Source of the DNA: a bacterium
GTDB taxonomy: Bacteria > Patescibacteriota > Patescibacteriia > Patescibacteriales > UBA12465
Reading direction: 5' to 3'
DNA: 64,000 nucleotides
NCBI GenBank assembly: GCA_030696105.1
Contig: JAUYNJ010000004.1
Location: forward strand, 141,872-205,871
Shown: positions 56,462 to 64,000 of the stretch, piece by piece
Layout of the letters: every line of letters begins with the position of its first letter
Numbering within the stretch: position 1 is the stretch's first letter
Made by a program: the position numbers and the translations under genes
Notes under the pieces: model-generated
Database searches by the model: none
Told to the model about the DNA's origin: nothing
What the model saw: only the letters and a program-made list of their open reading frames with translations

Positions 56462-57333
56462 TTATCACAGCGATTATCCTCAACTATAAAAACTATATTG
56501 ACGTTTTGTCATGCATACGGTCTCTTGAGGCACAAAAGTTACCCAACAACCACTCTCTTAATATTTTAATTATCGACAATGCCTCTGGGGATGATGGCAC
56601 CAAAAGGGTTCAAGCGGAATTCCCTCAGTATAAGTATATATACAATGAAAAAAATCTCGGTTTTTCCAAAGGTGTTAATCAAGGAATACGAACAAGTTAT
56701 GAAGAAAGCGATTATTTTCTGCTAGTTAACAATGATGCTGAATTGGAAGAAAACTGCTGTTCAGAGTTAATTAAAGAATCCCAAAATGAAGCTATTACAG
56801 GGCCAGCCATATACTACAAAGGTGAGCCGGACATAATTTGGCAAGGAGGAGGAAGCTTCTCACGTTTAAAAATGAACATTGTTGTTCCAGATAAGAACAA
56901 GACCCTATCGGACACAAGCACGGCCTCCGTGGATTTTATTTCGGGCTGTGTCATGCTATTGCCTAAATCAGCAATCAGGAAATTAGGAGGGTTCGACGAG
57001 GCTTTCTACTTTTACGGTGAAGATCTTGATCTTTGTCTAAGGGCCATAAAGAAAGATATTCCTGTAAAATATGTTAAGGTGGCGAAAGCATACCATAACA
57101 TAAAAAGAGCAGCGGAAAGCCGAACTAATAGTTTTGTACTAGATAACCTCGCTTTCAGCTTTATTCTTTTAACAAGAAAACATTTCCCCCTTCACCTGCC
57201 TTACGCCATTGTTCTATTTATATTCCTCTACAGTCCTTTTCGATTCTACCAAATAATTAAAGGTGGAAATTCAACGAAAAATATTTTTGCCTGGATTCAT
57301 GGTGGATGGCGCGCAATCACAACAAAACTATGA
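56458..57333 (+). CDS. GT2 glycosyltransferase (rhamnosyltransferase-like)
   Basis: IILNY, IIDNAS.D, NLGFSKGVNQG, LVNNDA, SGCVML, FDEAFYFYGEDLDLC.R. Confidence 0.88.
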   Translation: MIITAIILNYKNYIDVLSCIRSLEAQKLPNNHSLNILIIDNASGDDGTKRVQAEFPQYKYIYNEKNLGFSKGVNQGIRTSYEESDYFLLVNNDAELEENCCSELIKESQNEAITGPAIYYKGEPDIIWQGGGSFSRLKMNIVVPDKNKTLSDTSTASVDFISGCVMLLPKSAIRKLGGFDEAFYFYGEDLDLCLRAIKKDIPVKYVKVAKAYHNIKRAAESRTNSFVLDNLAFSFILLTRKHFPLHLPYAIVLFIFLYSPFRFYQIIKGGNSTKNIFAWIHGGWRAITTKL

Positions 57334-58517
57334 AAGACTCCATTCTGCTAGTACTAACTCGGCCTCCCTACCCGGCTGTCGACGGGACAAGGGAAAGGAT
57401 TCTAAACGAAATCGAAGATCTCTCGAAAGACTTTGAAGTTTCTATTCTTATTATAGGCAACGAGAACCTCTCTTCTGCGCAAGAATCAAAGCTTCACTCA
57501 CTTGGAGTTAAATCGGTAAAAAATTACCGTATAAGCAAAATTTTCAGCTACGCTAATGCGGCAATTTCCCTTTTTTCCAAGAAGCCCCTGCAAGCTGCCT
57601 ATTTTTGGAATAAGCATGCCTATCATCAGCTTAAAAGTCAGTGCAATCAATTCCGTTCTATTTGCTTCCACACCATTCGCTTTGGGGAATATATTTCTCT
57701 TCTAAAAAAAACAGATTGCCACAGCAAAATATTGGTTTTCTTTAATGATGCTATTTCCCTAAACTATGCAGACGCTTCAAAAAAAGCTACAGGAATATGG
57801 AGATATATATATAAAATTGAGTCAAGTCGTGTATGCAAATATGAAACAAAGATTCTGGCTTTAGTTGATAAGGCTTCAATTGTTTCCGAAAGGGACAGGG
57901 CTCACATCTTATCAAAATTTGAACAAACCAACACAAAAGACATTAAAGTTATAAGACATAGCATGGATGAACGTTTATTATCTTATAACTACTCCCCAAA
58001 AACAAATAATTTAGCATTTATAGGAAATTTGCTATACCCCCCGAATAGACAGGGTCTGGAAATATTTTGCTCAAAAATTCTACCTTTAATTACAAAGGCT
58101 AAACCCGAAACTAAACTGATTATAATCGGCAGACAATCGAAAGAACTCTTTTCTAAATACTCTTCATGCATCCCAATGGGATTTGTTGATGACCCCTACA
58201 CACTTCTAGCCGAGCAAGCTATATTTATTAGTCCGGCTGACTTTGGGGCGGGCGTGCCGACAAAGTCTCTTCTTGCGATGTCTATCGGTCTGCCCGTTGT
58301 ATCAACCGCCAATAATGCCGCAGGAATTGAGGGGGTCAAGGAGAATGAAAACATAATATTTATGGATTATGCGAAGCCCACGCAGTCAGCCAGTAAAATT
58401 CTAGAATTACTTGACGATGAAACAAGGAGAATAATGATAGGGTCAGCTGGAAAAAAAATTGTGTCCAAACTTTATCGAAGATCATTGAACTATCCTCTTC
58501 TAAAAGAATTGCTCTAA
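57330..58517 (+). CDS. GT4-like glycosyltransferase
   Basis: RPPYPAVDG..R, FIGNL.YPPN, GFVDD, FGAGVPTK...AMS.GLPVVST; start MKDS at 57330 (ATGA overlap). Confidence 0.85.
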   Translation: MKDSILLVLTRPPYPAVDGTRERILNEIEDLSKDFEVSILIIGNENLSSAQESKLHSLGVKSVKNYRISKIFSYANAAISLFSKKPLQAAYFWNKHAYHQLKSQCNQFRSICFHTIRFGEYISLLKKTDCHSKILVFFNDAISLNYADASKKATGIWRYIYKIESSRVCKYETKILALVDKASIVSERDRAHILSKFEQTNTKDIKVIRHSMDERLLSYNYSPKTNNLAFIGNLLYPPNRQGLEIFCSKILPLITKAKPETKLIIIGRQSKELFSKYSSCIPMGFVDDPYTLLAEQAIFISPADFGAGVPTKSLLAMSIGLPVVSTANNAAGIEGVKENENIIFMDYAKPTQSASKILELLDDETRRIMIGSAGKKIVSKLYRRSLNYPLLKELL

Positions 58518-58520
58518 CAA

Positions 58521-58546
58521 AAAAAACAGGCAGTAGCCTGTTTTTT
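58521..58546. terminator. Bidirectional terminator between convergent genes
   Basis: AAAAAACAGGC-AGTA-GCCTGTTTTTT. Confidence 0.85.
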
Positions 58547-58562
58547 AATATACACAAATTAA

Positions 58563-59849
58563 TCACCTTCTTTTCCTCCCCATCATCATCACCGGCAGCA
58601 AGCTATAGGCAATAAGCGTTGCCCAGGCAGCGCCGGTGAGGCCGAAGCGGGTGATGAAGAAGTAGTTTAATATAACATTAATAACCATAGCGACTAGATA
58701 GGCGTTTGAAATCGCTTTCATCCTGTCTTCCGCCGTTAAACGCTGTTGTATTGCCCAGGCCATAAACAAGCCCACGCCTGACCAGACATATATCTGCAAT
58801 AAGCCAACCGAAGCAGCGTAATCTTGTCCAAACAGCAATAATACCACCGGACGAGCCAATACCGAGGTTGCTGTCGCAATTAATATAGAAATGACAAACA
58901 TCAGAGTGTAGAAGTTGATTAAGCGCTGCTTAAACAAAGTCTCACTCACTGTCCTTGAGTTAATTATAGCAGGAAATAAGGACGCACAGAGAATACCAGG
59001 CAGAAAATACCAGATTTCACCAAACTTTGCTGCCGCCGCATATAAACCAACCGCGCCCTCGCCGAGTAGTCTTCCAATCATCACCTGATCAATCTTAAAC
59101 AACACAAAAGCAGCAGCTGCTGAGAGCATTAAATACTTTGAACCGGCGAGAATCTGCTTCGCTAAAGACTTATTAAACTTCCAAGTGCTCAACTTCAAGC
59201 CCTGACGTTTGTAGTAATATAAAAAGAAGAGGGTTTGCCAGACACTATCTGCCGCAAAGATGATAATTATCCAAACTAAATCAGCTTCAACAAGAATGAA
59301 TACTATCTTTAAAACATTAGTTGCAATAGTTGCTGCTAATTGACTCAAAGAGTTATATTTCGCTCTTACTTCCGCTTGAAAATAATGATAGATGACGTTT
59401 ACAGACTGCGTAATGAAGCCAAAGGAGAAAATGATGATAAACAAGCGGTTTAGAGTTGAGGTCTCAAAGGCAAAAGCGGCAACTGTAACGAGCAGCAAGG
59501 CGACAACACCGCCGATGAGCTTCAAGACAAAGCTCGTGCCCATTAACTCATCTCTTTTCTCAGGATTCTTCACCAGTTCCCTCACTAATATGGCGTCAAC
59601 TCCCAAGGTTGCAATAAAGCCAAATAAACCGGCAAAGGCGACGGTATAATTGATGATGCCGTAGTTTGTCGGTCCGAGATAACGCGCAAGCCAGGCCCCA
59701 ATGAAAAAGGACAGTATAAGTGAAAATATCTGCCCAAAAAACATCCAGCCAGTGTTTGCAAAATAACGCCGGAAACCTTCATGGTTCCAGACCCAGCGAT
59801 AGCGGGCAGGAGTGATTTTTTCGAGTTGTAGGAAGAGTTTGTCGAGCAT
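58563..59849 (-). CDS. Wzx-type oligosaccharide flippase
   Basis: NTGWMF, ARYLGP.NYG, LG.D.ILVREL, KIDQVMI, VGLYAAA, FG..GAAWAT; about 12 TM helices. Confidence 0.9.
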   Translation of the reverse strand: MLDKLFLQLEKITPARYRWVWNHEGFRRYFANTGWMFFGQIFSLILSFFIGAWLARYLGPTNYGIINYTVAFAGLFGFIATLGVDAILVRELVKNPEKRDELMGTSFVLKLIGGVVALLLVTVAAFAFETSTLNRLFIIIFSFGFITQSVNVIYHYFQAEVRAKYNSLSQLAATIATNVLKIVFILVEADLVWIIIIFAADSVWQTLFFLYYYKRQGLKLSTWKFNKSLAKQILAGSKYLMLSAAAAFVLFKIDQVMIGRLLGEGAVGLYAAAAKFGEIWYFLPGILCASLFPAIINSRTVSETLFKQRLINFYTLMFVISILIATATSVLARPVVLLLFGQDYAASVGLLQIYVWSGVGLFMAWAIQQRLTAEDRMKAISNAYLVAMVINVILNYFFITRFGLTGAAWATLIAYSLLPVMMMGRKRR

Positions 59850-60971
59850 TTAAATATATAAATTTTCCAAATAATTCTGTGCTCTTACAATATCGATATT
59901 TCCGAGATGTTTTTCTCTTTTTAATTCTTTAACAATTTGCTTCCCTTTTAAATTATATTTTTCGGAAAAGTAACTGAGATTCTTACTTAAGTCTCCGTTA
60001 GACAACTTGACCTCTTGAATTTCTATTAAAACATTATTCGCAGCAATTGCAAAATCGACCTCCTGTCCATTTTTTGTTCTTAAGTAGTGTAGCTGCTCAT
60101 TTATTCCTAAATTATCATTTCTCCCGGAGACTGATTTTAGTAAAGAATTGGCAATCAGATTTTCAAAACGTACGCCCTCATCACCTATCACTAAACCATT
60201 ATCATAGAAGTATATTTTTGGCTCTTTTAATATTGATCTAGCAATTTTTCTTGAAAATGGGGTAACCTTAAAAATAATAAACAGAGATTCTAATATATTA
60301 ATATATTTCTTAACCGTTACGGGTGAAACGCCAACATCTTCTGCAATAGAGGTGTAAGAAATAGGTGACGCCACTTTTCGTCTTAATAATTCAAAAACCA
60401 TTCTAATTGCTTTGTAGTCATTAATTTTTTCAAAATCAAACACGTCAGTCCGAATCAAACTATCTATATATTGAGAACGCCACCTCTCTGCCTCGGTATC
60501 ATTAGGTGCTAAAAAAGGCTCAGGAAAACCGCCCCTTAGTAATAGACGATTTAAATCAGGTTGCTCTTGTTCGTTTTTTAATTCGCCAAGCGATAGAGGC
60601 AACAAGTGATGTACAAAAAATCTGCCCGCCAGTGAGTCGCCTGTCTGTCTAAAAGTATCCAGACGCGCGCTACCGGTGACTAGTATTTTCAAACGGTCTG
60701 GTTTAGTATCGAAAACACCTTTCAAAAAGTTTTTCCACCCTTTCATCTTATGTAGCTCATCTAGAATGAGCAGATCGGTATCCTCTAGCCACTGTTCATT
60801 CTTGATGATAGCCTGATCTTCTAAGCGGTCATAATTTAAATAAACAGTTCTACTAAATTCCCGCCCAATAGTTTTAGCGAGCCAAGTCTTACCGACTTGT
60901 CTTGGCCCAACTAAAAAGACAATTTTTTTGTCTAAATCTTTGATTATTTGTGCTTTTTGCTGTCTATTCAT
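59850..60971 (-). CDS. AAA+ ATPase with central HTH and DUF4143-like C-terminus
   Basis: Walker A GPRQVGKT, Walker B LILDELHK, VTGSA, SLAGR, GGFPE, HTH SIAEDVGVSPVTVKKYI, PKIYFYDNGL, EVDF...EVK. Confidence 0.9.
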   Translation of the reverse strand: MNRQQKAQIIKDLDKKIVFLVGPRQVGKTWLAKTIGREFSRTVYLNYDRLEDQAIIKNEQWLEDTDLLILDELHKMKGWKNFLKGVFDTKPDRLKILVTGSARLDTFRQTGDSLAGRFFVHHLLPLSLGELKNEQEQPDLNRLLLRGGFPEPFLAPNDTEAERWRSQYIDSLIRTDVFDFEKINDYKAIRMVFELLRRKVASPISYTSIAEDVGVSPVTVKKYINILESLFIIFKVTPFSRKIARSILKEPKIYFYDNGLVIGDEGVRFENLIANSLLKSVSGRNDNLGINEQLHYLRTKNGQEVDFAIAANNVLIEIQEVKLSNGDLSKNLSYFSEKYNLKGKQIVKELKREKHLGNIDIVRAQNYLENLYI

Positions 60972-60974
60972 ATA

Positions 60975-61038
60975 AGACTATTATATACTATAATTTCGAA
61001 TAGTCAAGACTATTCCAAATTACGCTTTATAATAGTCT
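60975..61038. promoter_or_regulatory. 64-bp imperfect palindrome covering the AAA/DUF4143 gene promoter
   Basis: AGACTATTATA/TATAATAGTCT, TAATTT/AAATTA and GAATAGTC/GACTATTC share one centre (61006/61007); contains minus-strand TTGACT-16-TATAAT. Confidence 0.75.
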
Positions 61039-61156
61039 AACTACTATTAACCATTATTTTGCTATATTTTATTTATTAATAGCGAAATATACCCTTAATT
61101 GTCATATTATACAACATATGTTGTCTAATCATACAATCATAACAACTATAACAGCA

Positions 61157-61182
61157 AAAACAGACCGTTTCCGGTCTGTTTT
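61157..61182 (-). terminator. Intrinsic terminator after typA
   Basis: AAAACAGACCG-TTTC-CGGTCTGTTTT. Confidence 0.82.
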
Positions 61183-61204
61183 CTATATCTTCTTATATTT
61201 TATA

Positions 61205-63001
61205 TTACTTCTTCTCCACCCGCTTCGCGCGCTGACGGTCGATTTCGGTTAAATACTGTTTGCGGAGACGAACGCTTTTCGGAGTAATTTCGAGGTATTC
61301 ATCTTCATTCATAATACCAAGACCAACTTCGATGGTGATTGGTACTGGTGGGATGAGTTGAATTGCCTCATCAGAACCAGAGGCGCGGACGTTTGTAAGC
61401 TGCTTACCCTTAATTGGGTTAACGGAAAGGTCATTACCTTTAGCGACGTTACCAATGACCATACCTTCATAGACTTCAGTATTTGGTGAAATGTAGAGCA
61501 CACCGCGCTCCTGTAGGTTCCAGAGAGCGAAGGCTAGAGCCTTACCAGTCATCATGGAGACCATGGAGCCGAGCTCACTGCTTTCAATATCGCCAGCATA
61601 TGGTTGGAAACCTAAGACCTGGGCGCAAAGAATACCTTCTCCACGAGTATCAACAATGAATTCATTACGATAACCGAGTAAGCCACGAGTTGGCACAGAG
61701 AAAGTGATGCGGGACTGACCGTTATGAGTTCTAAAATCAGTCATTTGTCCACGACGCTTTGAAACTTTTTCAATCACGACACCGGATAAAGCTTCAGGCA
61801 CATCAATTGTCACTTCTTCATATGGCTCAACTTTGACGCCATCAACTTCTTTGATAATAACTTGAGGTTGAGAAACTTGTAATTCAAAACCTTCACGGCG
61901 TAAGTTCTCAAGTAAAATGGCGATATGTAATTCACCGCGACCAAAGACGCGGTAGTAGCTAGTTTCGGTGAAATCAATCTTTAAACCAACGTTCACTTCT
62001 AATTCTTTTTCTAAACGTTCTTTAATCTGACGGTTGGTGACATACTTCCCTTCTTTACCAGCAAAAGGTGAATTATTGACAAGGAAGTTTAAGGCAATTG
62101 TCGGTTCATCAATTTTAATCGCTGGCAATGGGGCCTGATCGGCTTTCTCGGCAATCGTTTCGCCAATAAAAATGTCAGGTAAACCAGCAACCATTACGAT
62201 GTCCCCGGCTTCAGCTTCAGTCACTTCGGTGCGGCCAATGCCTTTATAGGTAAATAACTTTGTGACTTTGCGGGACCGAGTGTTGCCTTCCATGTCTTCA
62301 ATGAAAACATTCTGCGCTGTCTTAATTTTACCTTCATAGACGCGGCAAATTGCGCAGCGTCCCAAGAAGTTGTCATAGGCAAGATTAAAAGGCTGTGCGA
62401 GCAGCGGTTTTGCGGTTGCTTCCGCTGAAGAGGCGGCTGGCACATGCGACATGATTGCATCTAAAAGTGGCATTAAATTATCGGACTCATCAGTTAATTC
62501 GCGTTTAGCGAATCCCTGCTTAGCGGCGGCAAATATTACTGGGAAGTTTAACTGTTCATCGCTTGCGCCAAGGTCTAAGAATAGTTCATACACCATTTCT
62601 ACTACTTCAGTGGAACGAGCAGCTGGCTTATCAATTTTATTAATAACGACAATTGGTTTAAGCCCAAGCTCTAATGACTTCTTTAAAACAAATTTTGTCT
62701 GTGGCATCGGCCCTTCCTGCGCATCGACAAGCAACAGCACGCAGTCAATCGAACGCAAAATACGCTCAACTTCGGATGAGAAGTCAGCGTGACCAGGAGT
62801 ATCAACGATATTTATCTTCGTGTCTTTATAAAAAACTGAAGTATTTTTTGAATAAATGGTAATGCCACGTTCTTTTTCAAGGGCATTACTGTCCATTGTG
62901 GCGTCGTCTGCCGACATGCCAGTTTGGTGCATCAAAGCATCGGTTAAAGTCGTTTTACCGTGGTCAACGTGAGCGATGATGGCAATGTTTCTGATTTCCA
63001 T
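61205..63001 (-). CDS. typA: Translational GTPase TypA/BipA
   Basis: IRNIAIIAHVDHGKTT, ERGITI, DTPGHADF, NKID, GRGELH, EVYEGMVIG, EITPKSVRLRK. Confidence 0.97.
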   Translation of the reverse strand: MEIRNIAIIAHVDHGKTTLTDALMHQTGMSADDATMDSNALEKERGITIYSKNTSVFYKDTKINIVDTPGHADFSSEVERILRSIDCVLLLVDAQEGPMPQTKFVLKKSLELGLKPIVVINKIDKPAARSTEVVEMVYELFLDLGASDEQLNFPVIFAAAKQGFAKRELTDESDNLMPLLDAIMSHVPAASSAEATAKPLLAQPFNLAYDNFLGRCAICRVYEGKIKTAQNVFIEDMEGNTRSRKVTKLFTYKGIGRTEVTEAEAGDIVMVAGLPDIFIGETIAEKADQAPLPAIKIDEPTIALNFLVNNSPFAGKEGKYVTNRQIKERLEKELEVNVGLKIDFTETSYYRVFGRGELHIAILLENLRREGFELQVSQPQVIIKEVDGVKVEPYEEVTIDVPEALSGVVIEKVSKRRGQMTDFRTHNGQSRITFSVPTRGLLGYRNEFIVDTRGEGILCAQVLGFQPYAGDIESSELGSMVSMMTGKALAFALWNLQERGVLYISPNTEVYEGMVIGNVAKGNDLSVNPIKGKQLTNVRASGSDEAIQLIPPVPITIEVGLGIMNEDEYLEITPKSVRLRKQYLTEIDRQRAKRVEKK

Positions 63002-63029
63002 AAATATTAGTTAAATTATGCTCTTTAAA

Positions 63030-63060
63030 GCAAAAATTACGCTTGAGGGCGTAATTTTGC
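63030..63060 (-). terminator. Terminator-like hairpin upstream of typA
   Basis: Minus strand GCAAAATTACGC-CCTCAA-GCGTAATTTTTGC. Confidence 0.55.
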
Positions 63061-63105
63061 CTACTTGATAGATAATAGTTGTTTTTTAATAAATAGTCAA
63101 GGGCG

Positions 63106-63999
63106 TTAGTTTCGTTTCAATGACAACTCATCCTTAAATTCACTGCGATCAACGATGATTGACATCGGGTCATTACCTCCCAAAGATAGCTCAGCAAAAT
63201 ACGGGTTAAGCAAAACGCTCTTGTCCCCAGTTTTGTTGAATTTCTCAGCCCCTTCTTTAATAGACTTTATTGAAGCCCGATAAGCCTCCGCTTTAGTTTT
63301 TAAAGCAGCGGCGTCTGCCAAAATTATACGCGCACCATCTTCAATGTTTGTCATTTCTGCCTGAACGCGCTCAGTTCTCTTTAAGTTATCATCGGTTTTT
63401 GTGCCGGCCTCAAGCCGATCAAGATGCTTCTTCGAAGCGAGCCAACGTGCGCGATAGGTATTTACTGACTCATTTTTCGCCTCGGCAATTTTTTCAGCAT
63501 CACTCGCCTTCTTTCCGGCGAGAGCCGTCATTTTCTTCAAAGCATCTTTGCTGCAAGCGTCAGTGAGCATACTTTCCACCTTCGGATCAGCAAATACTTG
63601 TGCCTTCTTGGCCTCAACTTTCGCTTCAAGCGCCTTAAGGTCAATGGAGTATAGCGTCTCCCCTTTGTCGTCGCAGTAGCCAAAGATAACTTCGGCGTTT
63701 TTTTCTTCGGATATTTTTATTGCTTCTTTAACATTATTATAGGTAACGTCCTGCAAGGCCTCGTCGGTAGTTATCAGAATATAGGGCGAATCGCCAAGGG
63801 CACCTAAGGCGGGGCGGTCTCGCCAGGCTTTCGGTTGTGTCTGTTTAAGCACCTCAATCGCTGAGCCAACCGCTAACTCTTTACGTCCGTCGCCAGAAAC
63901 TTTTTTATCAGCAATTTCGTCGGCGAAGCTAGAAAAATTATCAACTTTCTTCAAATCAATTAATCCTTCCCCCGCAAAGACGGCAAACTGAAATTCAGA
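63106..63999 (-). CDS. Hypothetical protein, helical K/A/E-rich C-terminal part (start beyond the right window edge)
   Basis: The frame stays open from the TTG at 63954 to the edge (SEFQFAVFAGEGLID-LKKVDNF...); no recognised motif. Confidence 0.7.
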   Translation of the reverse strand, partial: SEFQFAVFAGEGLIDLKKVDNFSSFADEIADKKVSGDGRKELAVGSAIEVLKQTQPKAWRDRPALGALGDSPYILITTDEALQDVTYNNVKEAIKISEEKNAEVIFGYCDDKGETLYSIDLKALEAKVEAKKAQVFADPKVESMLTDACSKDALKKMTALAGKKASDAEKIAEAKNESVNTYRARWLASKKHLDRLEAGTKTDDNLKRTERVQAEMTNIEDGARIILADAAALKTKAEAYRASIKSIKEGAEKFNKTGDKSVLLNPYFAELSLGGNDPMSIIVDRSEFKDELSLKRN

Positions 64000-64000
64000 A

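Noticed and set aside
214..63566. Numerous short ORFs overlapping larger genes on the opposite strand or in other frames (e.g. 214-534, 29915-30439, 43528-43950)
   Set aside because: Shadow ORFs of well-supported genes, without recognisable motifs.
1..64000. Alternative genetic code (TGA=Gly or TAG readthrough)
   Set aside because: TGA ends genes at natural positions (9608, 22255, 53550) and TAG ends others (1492, 3303). Conserved proteins translate full length with code 11.
1..64000. CRISPR array, rRNA, IS element, intein or intron
   Set aside because: No regularly spaced repeats, rRNA-like sequence or transposase motifs seen; nrdA, secA and typA show no large insertions.

Overview
Bacterial chromosomal segment read with standard code 11. 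Gene content and style suggest Patescibacteria/CPR (Parcubacteria-like); this is inference. Most genes lie on the minus strand. It carries cell-wall and shape genes (mraY-ftsW-murG-murC-ABC exporter-murB, mreBCD plus a second mreB), translation and DNA housekeeping genes (alaS partial, proS, frr, hpf, typA, ruvA, holB, secA), a lemA-SPFH-htpX cluster, rseP, two glycosylation clusters, several secreted repeat proteins, and nrdAB. Highlights: (1) NrdB carries the Glu/Phe signature of a tyrosyl-radical-less class Ic (Mn/Fe) ribonucleotide reductase, with tandem NrdR-like boxes upstream of nrdA. (2) A PilB/GspE-like protein has lost all ATPase motifs but keeps its zinc motif and is coupled to a glycosyltransferase. 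(3) An AT-rich block between lemA and secA holds a doubly frameshifted ileS and a nonsense-interrupted NUDIX gene. (4) A 64-bp operator-like palindrome covers the promoter of an AAA-ATPase/HTH/nuclease-like gene. (5) A ~100-nt rod-shaped RNA candidate lies between hpf and nrdA. No rRNA, intact tRNA, CRISPR array, transposase or integrase was recognised.
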